This document shows, piece after piece, positions 1 through 13,019 of a DNA stretch of 64,000 nt. The translations under genes were made by a program, and so were the position numbers. Within the stretch, counting starts at the first letter, position 1. Each line of letters starts with the position of its first letter. Source of the DNA: Raillietiella orientalis (Eukaryota); NCBI GenBank assembly GCA_036172245.1, contig JAYWIR010000030.1, positions 1,984,001-2,048,000 of the forward strand. Direction: 5' to 3'. The notes under the pieces are model-generated. The model saw only the letters and a program-made list of their open reading frames with translations. It made no database searches and was not told the origin of the DNA.

Positions 1-200
1 CCCGGATTTCCGGGGCATTTATTTGAAAAGGGCAAGCAAATGTTCCTGTGGTGAACCCCTTGGTTCACCACTTCATGGCAACTTGTCGGTCACCGGCGAG
101 GTCCGTTTCCGCAGCGAGTAGGAAAAACACAAGCAAAAAGAAACAAAAAGTGCAACAAAAAATGGGGGAAGGGAAGGCAGAGAAGGGATCACTGCTCTCT
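1..200 (-). mobile_element. Diverged 3' UTR/terminus of the L1/Tx1-type LINE family (4th copy)
   Basis: Same motif order as 53800-53990 and 34540-34760: ccggggcatttattt (rc AATAAA), a GTGGT..ACCAC stem-loop at 48-71, an A-rich tract, then gaagggatcac at about 182-192. Confidence 0.6.
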
Positions 201-249
201 GAGAGACGTCCTCTATATCTTGTTCGGTTATGGTTAATCAGTTAACTGG

Positions 250-1050
250 CTGTAATCTTTTTGGAATTACGGATGCTTAATCACGAATACAGTGTTAGCC
301 TTTTCAGACTCTTGTACTATCGATTTTATTTATCGACAAAACAAACCTGACAGAAAAATTACTTCTCTGGCCTTGTTCATATCGCTACAAATTGATCCTA
401 AAACATTTTTAATGTCTGTAATTTTTTCTGCACGTTTTCCCATGACGCCAAAGTAGAAAAGGAGCAGATTTTCCATGTTTTTTCGGGTCCCCTTAACTGT
501 CAGCTCTCTCGTCTGATTCCGCTTGTAAGAAAATATGCAGCAGCCCTGACTTTGCCTCGCACTCCGAAACAGCCCAAGACTGTATTCGGCTGAGTAGGTG
601 CGTCTCGAGGCGTGTTCTGCGTACGTTCCGTATTGTACATTAACTGATTGCAGGAGGTGTTCCTTATGTCTTGCTCTGCTCGTTGATACTTGAGAGCGCG
701 TGGATCCCAATTTTTGAATTCGAACGATTTCGGCATTTCGTTCAAATGTCTTCACGCCTGAAAGCGGCCTCGCAATCCGGAGCTGCCGCCTGAGCAACAT
801 GGCCGGTTCGCGTCATGACATGTATCCTTGACAACTCCTGAATGGAATTTAATTTCTTTCTTTGGCACATGCTGCGGAAAATTACGAAATTTACATTTTA
901 TTTGTACCCCTGTAACGGATTTTTTATCTGGAGTGATCGCAGCAGTACAGACAGCAAGACCACGCGGATACTGAATGTTCGTTGCTTGTTGGGCAGGCCT
1001 TTTGCATTTGGTTGTCCGTTTGATTTTTGTTTGTTGATTTCGCAAATGAA
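250..1050 (-). mobile_element. Degenerate LINE RT fragment (N-terminal RT subdomains)
   Basis: MPKSFEFKNWDPRALKYQ...CNQL (ORF 500-745) resembles LxPK...NWRPISLLxxDYK...LANRL. Downstream LTVKGTRKNMENL resembles LDxEKAxDxV. Confidence 0.55.
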
Positions 1051-1189
1051 GGTAAATTGATGATTTTATGCAAACCGCCGGAAATTCTCAAAGAAATGAA
1101 ACCTTTTCATCCAGAGCGCAATTTAGCGGTAGCTTTTGCCTATTGAAGTCGACGGGATTTAGGTGTTAAGGTTCCCCAAACTGCTTGAT

Positions 1190-2620
1190 TAGAGGATCTA
1201 ATGCCATCCAAGACTGGAGTATCGGACCCCTCGCGCCTATTACATCGTAAAGGTGACTGACTTGAAAATCTCATTTCCATCAAGTGTGTGAATGTGGTCC
1301 ATCCAGGTCCATTGAGCCTTGTAGGAGTAGTTATCTTTAGGTGTTTGGAAACTCCTGTACAATTTTGATGACTGATGTTGGGTTTTCTTGCACATAAAAG
1401 AAATCCAACTAACCAGATAAAAGTATTTGGAAACTATTATTCATTGCTGTTTGGAATTTAGAATTTTAGCTTCAGAAGAGTTCTATCTGTGGTGTTGTAT
1501 GATGGCAAAAGCTTAATGTTCCTATAGAATAAGTGGATATCGATAAAAATTTTAGAATTCATAGTGCCTTATTGTACCTCTTCGTTATTATTTTTCACTT
1601 GTTGTCATGGAGATGGTGATTGAAGCAACTCGATATGGCTTATTCTACAACACTTGATGTTTCAGGAATCTATTCCCATGATTTTAACCATGGGTCTTGC
1701 CTGACTTCATGAAATCCCAGTTTCATTTTTAGAAATTGTGTTCTGTTAACTCACTTGATATTCAGAGCAATTCAGGAGTGGTAACTACTGCCACTCAACT
1801 TTTGCATCATAGAAATTCATGTTATGGCAATGGATAGTCTCATTAGTGAAATTGTGTATGGGGAAAGTTCCCTGAGTATTACATACCATCTTATCCTAAA
1901 GCTTATCAGATTTCACAACTTGTACAGGATTGATATCATTACAGCATTTTCCAATAATACAGCTACACTTTGAGATCTTTTAGAATATTCAAAGTGCTCA
2001 AACATTTCATGCAAGAGAGTTCACAGCTAGCTCATCATGCATTTGGAAATTTTTCCACATGCTGCAAGGAAAAACATCCAAATGCTTCTTGCAGCATGTG
2101 GAAAGTTTTTGCAATGAATACACCTGAAGCTTATGTTGACTACCTGACATTTCAAATGCAGATCTGTGTAAATGTATGCGTCATTGATAATCTAGTTCTG
2201 ACAAATCATGCTGGATATGAGTGAATCTCGTTACTTCACATGCAGTAGTTTCTCGAACCACATTTGAGAGAAGATATTTTTGACTGAGTGTGAAATATAC
2301 TGATCAGTTAACTGATACTGGGACCTTGATTTGAAATGCACTAAATTCAAATTTTTAATTCCTGTTAAAGTACTGCTTCAGTACATCAACTTATCGAGGA
2401 TTAGGAATGCATTAGTTCCTTATTGTTACTGGTGGATTTTTAATAGCACAACCAACACCACATGGAGTAGTTTTGTAACATAACTGCTTTCAAAAGTTAT
2501 TCATTCAGCCATTTGAATAATCTGCCTTGAGTGTGCAGATCGTATTGGTGGTGGATTTACCATTAGTTTAAAACTTGAGCAGCTGAATGAATGCATAGTT
2601 GCATTTTGATGCTTAACTTG
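1190..2620 (+). pseudogene. UPF2: Probable intronless pseudogene of NMD factor UPF2 (MIF4G domains 1-3 region)
   Basis: Ordered matches across stops and frameshifts to plant-type UPF2 as I recall it: TRYGLFYNT*CFRNLFP ~ TRAFYECLPDLRAFVP; LNFCII ~ VEFCYL; LVKLCMGKVP ~ LVRALFNVP; LIMHLEIFPHAARKNIQMLLAACGKFL ~ LKACLDDFTHHNIDVACNLLETCGRFL (ungapped); NTPEAYV ~ RSPETTV; ESRYFTC ~ ENAYYLC; YWDLDLK ~ FSDLDKS; FLLKYCF ~ YLLKCF. No database search was run. Confidence 0.55.
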
Positions 2621-2699
2621 GCCGCTCGTCCTGCACTTTCACATTTTGCAACTCCAGCAGCATTCCTGGTTGCGAAGTTTAATGGGATTGAAAATTTTT

Positions 2700-4650
2700 C
2701 CTTCAACACTCAAGTGTATTTCTTTTGTTCCTTTTATATACCCACGAATACGATTTCAATGAATTCATGAATGTTTTTCTGCTCCCACACCAACCTCGCC
2801 CATGTAGCAATCGGAATTCTTTGAGTCCATGGTAAAAACCGCAACTTATTAACAACTTGAATGGTCGGTCACACACGATGGAAACGCATAGATTTTGATT
2901 TCTTGGACAGTGTGATTGGTGTTTGCGTACTTCGGTTTGATTCTGCATGGATATGGTGAAGTCGGGCGGAACAAAACATTTAGAATGAAGGTTGAGAGTG
3001 CCTTTTATTCCACGATTGATAACGCTTTTGAATGTTTACCTCACGTATCGGTTCTCTTTCCAGCTCCTAATTTCTGCGCGTGAGGGGTCTTGCGTGGAAA
3101 AATACCCCCAATTCATCAAATTCAGGGATATGGAAAGCAACGTCGGAGAGCATTCAGGAATTTCCTCCCGTACCATTTGTGCTCACAACTGCGAGTGATG
3201 AATGCACGTGTACAGTCCCCCTATTCAGGTTTCCTCTATGTACTGAGCTGTGGGGGATTTGGGGGGGTTGCTTCTTCAGCGGGTTCAGGTTTTGAAAAGT
3301 TCATTCTGTTGCTTTCGTTGTGCCAAGTCTTCCGGTAAGCAACCGTCCATGTTAATTGATGGAATCCCTGAGGGTTAAACTGCTCCTGGATGTGGGAATG
3401 ATACCATTCTTACTACGCAGAGAGTACAAATAAGAAACCAGAGTTATTTCTGTTACGAAACTGTTGGTGATAACGAAAAATTACGTTTAAGAGAACTTTT
3501 TGTAATTTTCGTTTCAACCATAATCACTCCCTGTGGAAATAATATAAGAAAAAATGATAAAGTAGGCAGAATCGAAGCTCTGCAAATACAATAATTCAGA
3601 AATGTCCCCGTATGTGTGGTTTTCGAATGCAAGTCCCTTTTTCAACTGAATGGTCTCCAGTAGACTCAATTATGCTTAAGTTCCCACATCCTGGAGTCTT
3701 CAACAGCCTGAGGTTCCCTCTCTTATCCCTACCTTACCGTGCCTCATGTGTCAGTGCTTTCTCATTGCAAGATGTTTCGTTGATGGATTTGTTGACGCCA
3801 GATCTCTGCATTTGATGTATCCGTGCTTAACGGCATTCCAGAACGTTTCCATCGACTGCAGCCTTCTGAGACAGCTAATTCAGTTTGCTGCAAATCAGAT
3901 GAGAGTAAGACTTTTGGAAACAGTTGGAGTGATCCACTCTCAGCAAAGAAGCCTCGATGTTCCAGAATCGTTTCCTCCTTTGCATTCGATGAGAATCAAC
4001 TCTTGTCAGCACTGTTTGTATCAAAAGAGGCTTGCACCATGATTATGCAGGCTTCCGGCTTCACCGATAGTCAGAACTGATCACGTTGTGTTGACCTCGA
4101 AAGTATTGAAAGGTCGCAGAAGCATTCCAAAGGGAGATTTATTTCCGAAGGTATCTTTAGTTACGGATTCCAAAAGACAATGGGCTCCATCGGGATCCAC
4201 GGTCACTTTGATTTTCATCCGTAAAAAAAGACTGGATTTTAAAGTGAATACACTAGTGTTCCTTTTTGCAATTGCTTTGGTTCCAGTGTCTCCTAATGTA
4301 GAAATCGTTATTCAGGGTTTAGGAAAAAGTTGATGCCTGAAATGTGTTTCCATTTGCATTTCGATCCCCATTCCCCGGCAGGAAGCCGATTACCAGGATT
4401 TTACGGTGCATTTTGCCATTAGCCAACCGCGTGAAGACTGAATACGGCTACACGGGAAAATCAAATGTCGCCTTCCAAGAGGATTAGATAACGGCACTTG
4501 GGATGTAAATTTCGGAATGGATGAAATAAGATTCATGAGGCTAATGCCAAACAGATTGTACTTCAGCTTTTTGTAACAGTCGTTTGTTATGATTAACGAC
4601 GTCTGTTTGTCTTTCATCAGGTTCTTCTAAACGTTTAAGTGGTCTCTTTT
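2700..4650 (-). mobile_element. Degenerate LINE ORF2 C-terminal part (thumb to zf-RVT)
   Basis: PLSNPLGRRHLIFP...WLMAKC ~ PxxxGGLGxP...LLAKW; MEPIVFWNP ~ EPLWxN; HCPRNQ...KLLISC ~ CxxC..HLxxxC near 2850-2920. Confidence 0.45.
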
Positions 4651-5029
4651 GCGCTTCAAAACGGCATGTTTCGGCCCACCGCCGCCATCTTTCTACCCAT
4701 TCTCTACTAGAACGTCATTACAAAGGTGCTTCCCTGAAGTGACCTTTGGCGCACCTCAACAACATTTTAAGCTCATTCAGAATCAGATTTGAAAGCAAAG
4801 GAGGAATTTCGAGAGTATCCGAAAATCTCAATGTTTATCGGTTCAAACAATTATACACAGTTGGTCTACAAGACAGACAGACAGAAATACCAAGTGCATT
4901 GGCCTGTTCAAAATGCTAAGACCAAGAAAAAAAAAAAAACGTTTTTGCCGAAAAAACAAACAAAATCCGATCGTTCTGCTGTTTTCATTTAAAAGGCCTA
5001 CTATTCCTGCTTGCAAAGATTAATCAAAA

Positions 5030-6300
5030 CAAAGAGACTTTCAAATGAGAACAGTACTTCTCATTAAGATTCATCACCTGCTATCGAGAATTCCCTGTTT
5101 AGCATTGTGGAAGTAACCTATTACCAAATACATATCCATCGTCCAATCAGAATGTGGATAACGCTAATGTCATTAAAGTCTAATTCAACAAGTCTGCATA
5201 TTGGAGCAAAAAATCGCTTCTCGGAACGAGTCACTTACATGAGAAGAATTCTAATCCGTAATTGGCAAATGAGAAGACAACTACAAAACTCGGATGGATG
5301 GAACATTTGAAAGCTGGGTTTTGAGTTTTACGGGAATTTTTTTTGAACAAGATAGAGAGGACTTTCTGTGGAAACGTGCCGCAAACAGACAACACAAACA
5401 TCCTTGAGCTTCCAGTCATCTCAACCCTGGATAGACTTCATAACATATTCAAAGATTTCTAAAGCCAGCTTACGATTTATTAGTATGCATCGGCTGATGA
5501 AATACACAGCAGCCAAGCATTTCTAATAGAAATGTTAGAGGGCTCAGTTACTAAAGTATAAGTGGACTATTCTACGGGAATGCGGAGTGGGAACGTGTGT
5601 TCCCACGAAATCGACGACAAGTCTAAGAAGGCACAGCCGTCAGCTGGAGACTAATAAAATTATGCAAAGTAATTAAAGTGTTGATAACCGACATTAGTGC
5701 GGAAACAGAATTGGAAAATCCTGTGAGAAATCGAAACCTGAGTGAGATTAAATCATACGAATCCTCATCTGCAGCAGCACTTTGTGTTGAACCAATGAGT
5801 TCGTGAATGCGTCTGGAAGTACCACAGTCAATGTTTGCGATTCCTTAGATCAGTGACACATTTTTATGATGCAGATCAATCCTCAAAACCACCCTGAATA
5901 TCAAACAACAAAAAAAAGAAAAACGTCTCGAATCGACTGTGAATGGGGATAAACGGATAACCACTTCATCTGTGAATTCCGGACTTCCAGCTAATGGTGA
6001 CATCGTTTATGCACACCTTGGTGTGCTCATTACAGATACATATTCAGATCACCGGGTGCGTGAATGGGTACGCGAGTAATAGGAATGCCTGTATAAGGCA
6101 TAATCATATCGAAGATTCTATTCAAACTTCACTGAAAGCAAAAAACAAAATACCAAGATAGACAGAACTCGGGTTTTCCTAAAGAAAAGCGCGTCGAAAG
6201 AAATGATTGTGGGGGAATGCGGTTTTTGTCATTGAAAACCTACCGACAAAAATCACGAAAACATATGCCTCGTAGGATGATTACGTATTTGTGTTCGTCA
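5030..6300 (+). mobile_element. Very degenerate LINE RT C-terminal/thumb fragment
   Basis: KIHHLLSR ~ IxHLxFADD; LKSNSTS ~ GLKxNxxKS; WQMRRQLQNSDGW ~ WxxIxxRLxxW. Motifs are weak. Confidence 0.35.
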
Positions 6301-6829
6301 CAGAAATATCACAAAAAATATGTATATACCTCAAGAAGCTGAGTTTTTTTTTTTTTTCCTGATCACAAACTGAAAGGAAAATTCTCAACAAGAATTCTCC
6401 TCAAGAAAACAAAAGAAAAGAAACAAAGTGGAAAACCACGCCTACGATCAGTGAAAGAGGAGAATCAGTGTGATGAAGGTCCTCCATTTAGGAGTAGATG
6501 GAAATAAATAGGTTCTCCATGGCAGGAAAGGGAGGCTTTAAAAATAGTAGCAAGGAAAAACGAATGCAAGGAACGAGCTCTGCAGGTTTTCCGGGTCTCG
6601 TCTGAAGAGTTTCGTTCCACTTCCACTCCTGGTTGCAGAACTCGCAAAACCCATCTTTGCACAGAAGGTAAGGTAGAATAAAAATGAAATGGCAATCGTG
6701 TCGAGGTCACAAGAAGTACCAAAACCTAGATGTGGAAATCATAGGAGCTGAAAAATCTGAATTGACAAATAAAGCGACCGTAGGATAAACGCGATGCTCG
6801 GGACTTGGGACCGATGGAGTTCCCATGTC

Positions 6830-9800
6830 TCTAGCATCACTGTCTCTGTACAGCCAGCAACGCGAAGAGAGGCATTCGAAAGAGACACCCTTTGCACAAA
6901 TGGCAAAAAGATAAGCTCCATCTTGATATCTGCACTCCTTTGTTCTCCCGAAAATCCTGGTTAACGAGAAAATATCGCGTGCATTCAGCTCTTCGAGTCG
7001 GCTTTGTAAAGATCGGAGGAAGATCCAAGGCAGCTTTTCGAGAAACCTTCAAGAAATGCAGCGACTGCATCCGAGGAAGTGTTTTGTATTTTGGAAATTG
7101 ATGAATCCAAAGAAATCTTGAGATGCCCTCGAAAAAGTTCCCGCGTGGTCAACTTCTCAAAGAATGTGGCGAGATGTGAGTTGCACCTGTGAAGGGCCAC
7201 AGTGATTTGTTTGCTCAGCCTGAATTTACCATCAGAATCAGATACATACTCTGTTTATTAGAATTACAAATTCAATTTAGTGGGGTATGTCCCCCACTGA
7301 CTCTGGGATCACATGACAAACATAGATACAAGCAGGAAGTGTGTCAGGAAAATATCAGTCTAGACACCTCGAAAGCTCTTCAGCTTCTTACGAGTTGTCA
7401 ATCTGAAGCATCTTTAGTACTGTGTCGCTAAACAACATGAAAGTCACTGTAACTAGGGAAGTGGATTTTGAACAAAATGAAGTTCCATGTTTTGTTTTAG
7501 TTCCACAGTACTAGTAGAGAGAGAATGATGCGAATGTGTTCGCCTAAGGGGATCGAAAATCCATGACACTTGAAAAAGGATGGCAAACGATGAAACGAAC
7601 AGCAGATCCTGAAGAACTCCATCCACCTTCTGCATCAGGGTAAATTAAATGGAAATAACGTGCCTACCATGATCCCACCATGAAGTACATAAGAAACGCA
7701 GATGTCTTTGATTCCTGGAGTCAACTAGAAAGACCAATAATGAAGCGTGATCGTTTCAAGCATTCTCCCGGCATGCAGCTTCCGAAAAACGGCAAATACT
7801 TCCGCCTTGCTTGTCTTATGTCCATCTCTCAAAATCTTTTTCACGAGCCCGCTCCTCTAGTTCGCCTGGCTACTATTTTGCCCATCTCGCGATTCCAACA
7901 CACAGAAGAATCTCTTGTGATCAGTAAGACCTTTCTTCTTCGGTTTTCAAACCCATCACAGCTTGGCAAGAAGAGAAGTCGAAACCGCCGTTGATTTCTG
8001 GGTACTTACTGAAGCAGAAGCAATGCATTCTTAACGGGGAACTTCTTGCAACTTCTTCTTCTAACAGGGAAGAAGAAAAGGCATTCGGGGAAGACAAGGG
8101 TTTCCATCAGGCAATTTGAAATTCCCACTTTTCAACGGGGTCGGTCGCCTTTCAAGATATCTTTTTTTGGTGCTTATTTATATCTCGAACTCGCATGTCT
8201 CTCCTCTCTTCACATAGGGTACTTACTGTACATCTTTTAGATTCTCAGCACAATTTCTTAAATGAGATGGTACTCGCTTTATCATCTGGAAAGGAATACT
8301 TCTCTGTCAGCATTCGGCAGTTTGGATCGCTATGTCCGTCAGGGGCCGAACAGATACCGACCGACGTTCCATGTGGTTGAGCGCCTTGTTTGATTGCTTT
8401 CGTGTCATGTGCGCTTGGATTTTTAGAATTCCCAGTCTTTCCGTGATGGGGAATGCACGTTTCCGTACTGGTCCGCTTTCTAGCTTCCCCCCCTGAAATT
8501 TTTCCATTTCGTTCCACTTTGCATTCCCTGCAGGCAGTCCCGGGTCCCCCCTGATTTTCCTTCGATTCAATCTGCATTTCTTTCGAAGCTCCGGGTAATT
8601 ATTTTTCAGAAGTTTCGGAAAGTGCAGAGTAAAAATTATCAAGTCAAACGATCTGCAATCGCATCTGCATCAAGAGAACAAAAATGGCGTCTGCTTCTTC
8701 GGAGACCCCCTTCAGGAAATGGAGGCGAGAAATACTTATTATCGTCCCTTACAACACGACAGGGTGCTTTGCAGATGACAGCTGAATGAGAACGTGCAGC
8801 AGTAATGAGTCCTCAGGAAACCGTAACGAAAGTACCTTTTTTATCCCCTGTAACAAAGTATCTGAGGAACGTCTGAATGGAATCGATAAGCGGAATTTGC
8901 CACGGCACCGAGGAGCGTTGCGTAGAAGAGATTCCTTGCGGAAAGGCAGCACGAAGCCGGCTTGGGGTCATAAAACACTTTCAGACTACTCGTCCGTAAA
9001 GTATGCACACTCTCAAAGTCAGGAGACAAATGGTAATTTGCAAAAATTCAAGGTCCTAATGGATGATTTATTTTCCTCAAGGAGGTTTCCGTTTCATACT
9101 TTCAGGGGCGTTTCTTTCTCTACTTCGCTGTTCGGATCCGATTCTTCTTACCCATAGCAATGAATTTCCAAACAAACTGATGTAAAACCAGTTCCAAAAG
9201 TGACGTCGGGAAGTGCATTACAAACAAAACAACGGTGAGCCCGAAGGTCATTCAAGCTGACATTTGGAAATTCAAGAGGAATGCGTCCACAAGACTTTTC
9301 AGTAAGATAGTTATGAGCTCTCTATCGGAACAAGACCGAATGATACGCGATGTGGGATGCTAAAAGACTGCACAATTGGCCTGGTGTAAGTGTCTTTCAG
9401 GGCAAACTGGGAAAGGTGGCAGCAGATGACCTTAACCGATCTGCGTAAGCCAAACAGTGTGAAAATCAACCTCAAGCATGACACTGGTCAAAAACTGATG
9501 GCAGCTTGCTGATGGAGCCTTTCATTCGGAACACGCACAAAATAGATCTCCGTCTGTGACAAAGGCGGATGCTGCAAAGTTTGGGCTCCTAAAAGCTGAC
9601 AGATGTTCAAGGTCGAGTCTTATTCTAGAAACACTTTCTGAACGCTGAGGAGCAAATTACTGTGCAAATTCATCATTTCTGTTTTGATGGCAGAACATAG
9701 GCTCTTGGAAAGAAGGTCCTTTTCCTAAAGCGCCATCATCCCGCTCTGAAAACTGCTGGGATTTCTATAAAGAAAAAAAAAAGAAAAAGGCCCCAGGAGA

Positions 9801-11050
9801 TGCTTTTTTGTTTTAGCTTACTGACTAGCTGGGCCAGCAATTCGACTGGAACCTTACCTAATGATAAGACGAGATTCAAAAATTTCAGTTCAGAAGAAAT
9901 GGCAGAACGAGGAAATGAAGGACGAAATTCTGGCCTCACACAGCTGCAATCCTGTGGGATATAACGCTTGGAATTACAAGGACCAACTGTTTACGGAGCA
10001 ATATGATTATTTAAGCAGAAATGGCGTCTACTTCTGTTTGTACAGAGACGAAAACTAGTAGTGAAGCTGAGAGTGGAGCAGAGAATGCTGATTGGAACTC
10101 ACTCACTCAAGGAGCATTTTGCTTGGTGACAACAGGGAAAAGGTGATGCTCATAATAGAAGAATCTCTCGGTAAATGGATGGAAGGGGAAGAACAGAGAG
10201 TAGCTGCCGAAGGAGGAAATTCGGCATGCTAAGTTCCAGAGATTCAGTCGTCACTCGTAATGACAGACAAAGATGCTTGTTGCTATCTGGCACACTGGTT
10301 TGCGAAGAAGGAAGCGTTTGAGGGGGGGGAAGCACTTGTTCTACCATTGGAATTCCGTTTTTTTACATCCTCAATTTCCGATCATGTTTGCTCGGAGTCC
10401 TTGGGTTTCCGTCAGGTGATACAGAGACCACTTCTGATTTTTATGGGTGAACTTTGTTCCCAAACTGATTCATCTTATTACTAAAAATACCTTGACTAAC
10501 CGTTATCTCGCCAGGGCAGTAAGCTGCTCTCTCCGATCCGACCAATAGTTCGCCTTAATTCCAAATTAGCAGAATTCACGGTTTTCTTCGATTCAGTGGA
10601 GGAAATATTTGCACAGTAGGATTTCCAGGAGAAGATCTGCACATCCTGGAAGCAGCTGAACTTCCTTGGAGGAGAAATGCAGTTTGAAGTTTCATTTTAC
10701 GCACGCTCATTGCCTGGGCACGTTCCCATTCCCTTAGGGCCTGCTCCCAGAAAATTTGGTACAGCCTACCTGATCTACGGCGCTTTCCCGGAAAGATAAA
10801 TCAGCGTCAGAGTTGAATTTCCGGGGCTTGCTTATTACTACTGCTTATGCCTGTGCGAACGTATTCATCGGAAATTCATGTACACGCAAATTGCTGACAC
10901 AGAGTATACACACCGATGATCTTAAGCAAAGCCGTCCAGCTGGATTTCATTTCTCACTTCCAACTTCGACAGAAACTTTTCATCTCATTGCTTATTAGTT
11001 GCCTAAGTGAGCTCTTGAGCTATACATTTACATATCCAATCCATTGGTTC
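6830..11050 (+). mobile_element. Near full-length degenerate LINE ORF2 (EN-RT-zf)
   Basis: EN: DVFDSWSQLERP, FRLACLMSISQNL (~SRLDxFLxS), PISRFQH (~SDH). RT: LNEMVLALSSGK, PSGAEQIPTD (~PGPDGxPxE), HRGALRRRDSL (~RGxRQGDPL), VLMDDLF (~FADDL), LHNWPGVSVFQGKL (~WxxxxLSxxGKL). Motifs are in the correct order. Confidence 0.65.
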
Positions 11051-11089
11051 TTTTTTTGCCAAAACGTTCACATTGGAAGGAGCGTAAAT

Positions 11090-11750
11090 TTTCATTGCTC
11101 GAAGCAGCACTCAACAGCTGGATGAAAGACGAAACTCCGCGGCCTCATAGTAGCGTTGTGCGTGTCCTTTGGGGGGAACCCAAAACCTCTATAGCTAAAG
11201 GGACGCCTTTTACAGAAATGCTTCACAGAACCATCATCAAATACAACGCTTCCACCGTTTCGGAGATGAAATTCTATTCCTTTCTTCGGAACCTTTTTTT
11301 TTTGCAGCCGTATCTCCGGGCTTTCGCCTTTCCGAGAAGCGCTCTCTCCTGACATCACCCTGACGCTGACAAATCCTGTGTTGCATCTTTGCAATCGACA
11401 GCTTCCAAAACAAACATTCGATTTGTTTGGAAAGCACGTGACTTCCTTCTTGTCTTCGGCGCTCCCACTTAGCAGCGTGCCAGCAAGAGCATTTCATATG
11501 GGTGAAACAAAGTGCTCGTGCAGACGATGATTACGCGCTACGAGCTAAGAGAGGTTTCCTGCCTTCCAGGAGTGCCTTTCTGCGACTCTCTCCAATCCTC
11601 GAGTCATATCTTCCAAGAACCATCCACGAGCCACGGCCGTCAATTTTTGCACACAAGTGCCATTTTTTTTCGCGGATTCAATTCAAAGTGGAATGGCATT
11701 CCATCGTGACTTTTCAAGGCGCCAGCAACCACGGCTGACAAATCACTTCC
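11090..11750 (+). mobile_element. 5'-truncated LINE RT fragment
   Basis: LEAALNSWMKDETPRPHS ~ ExxxALxxMxxGKxPGPDG; PDITL ~ RPITL; KWNGIPS*LF ~ VNGxxSxxF. Confidence 0.55.
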
Positions 11751-11869
11751 AGAAGTAAAGCTTCACGGAGAAACCGTCAAAAGCAGGAACTCTGAAGCCG
11801 CGTCAAAATGAAGCGACAAGCATCCAACACGTGCCCGAGAGCAAGTGCGCCCACATGCAAAATGAGCGC

Positions 11870-12547
11870 CAGGGTTGCCAACAGAAATTAATGGAATCCA
11901 TCTAGATGGTTTTCCGGAAAACCCGCGGTTTTCCGGAAAAAAAAAAAAAAGCCTCCAGATTCCCACTATACCACAGCACACGTCCAACATAAGTAATGCC
12001 ATTTAATCTTCAGATTCAGCAGCACAAAAATAAAGTGCAAACTAAAGAATTAATCCTTGATCAAGGGGAAATTTATGCCATGAAGCTGCACGCCTTCGAT
12101 ATGTTTGCAAGGTGAGCGCTCCACCCTGTCGGTCGTATTACCTATAGTGAAAAGAAAACTTTGGAACAGTCTGTAAATTGTAATGAAATACTCAAACTAG
12201 TTGCCACTGCACTACAGCAGTCGCAAGTTAAATACGAAAGTATTTTAATGATAAGGAAGCCGTTTTCCGCGACCATCTTCATCAACCATGCAGTAATTTG
12301 TTAACGTGACTCCGCATCCTCAAAGATGGAAACAGGGGTGGATAAAATATCCGGAATTCTAGTGAAGACTATTTACAGCATCCATAATCGAACATTTTCG
12401 TTGCAACCATGGAATACCGGTAAACTTCGGCGGCTAGTGATTTAAAAACAGCTAGAATTCCCGCTCAGCGGGCTGAAACATTTTTAGCCGCTAGATGGGT
12501 TTCCAAAAACGCTAAATCTGGGGAAAACCGCGAAATTGGCAATCGTG
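11870..12547. mobile_element. Putative non-autonomous hAT-like DNA transposon (MITE)
   Basis: Imperfect TIRs CAGGGTTGCCAA (11870) and TTGGCAATCGTG (ending 12547), 10/12 match. Shared subterminal CTAGATGG(G/T)TTTCC and GGAAAACC motifs. Palindrome with 14-bp arms at 11910-11940. Degenerate 8-bp flanks ATGAGCGC / CCGAGCAC (5/8). Confidence 0.45.
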
Positions 12548-13019
12548 CCGAGCACGTGCATGGGAAGTGACGTCATCAATAAAGCCGGTGGATGTGCGTT
12601 TCTCTAGAGCATTCGCGTTACACCGTCATCTCAACCGACCTGGAACTGGAAAAATCGTGGAAGGCAAGAAGTAGAGCTCTTCTCTCCAGCTTTGAAATGT
12701 TGATGATAGATGGAGGGTTCTTCAAATGCATTAGTGGCCGGGAACGGATGACTCCAGACTCAGCATGAACAGGTAAAAACCAATGCTATGCAGCCGGCTT
12801 GCGTCGCATCAAACCTTCCATAGCAACGGAAAAAGAAGAAAATAAATAAATCGCACTCTGGAAGAGACAAAATACATGCTGCTGTCGAGACTCGCTCTAT
12901 GTTTGCACTGTTTGTTTGTTACAGATGAATAAAGGCAAAAGGGGCACACAAGACGAGTGGAGGCGGCGCAAGAGAGAGGCGCCTGTCGGGGAACCACGAC
13001 CCGTCCGCGGGCGCAGACG

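Noticed and set aside
8768..8779. FADD as the RT catalytic motif
   Set aside because: It lies upstream of the QG-like motif, where KAFD is expected. The positional catalytic site is the degenerate LMDD near 9060.
9861..10150. Prenyltransferase-alpha (PFTA) repeat-like NPVGYNAWNYK
   Set aside because: It falls at the expected position of the LINE C-terminal PLWxN...GI motif within the colinear 6.8-11 kb ORF2 remnant, and no further convincing PFTA repeats follow.
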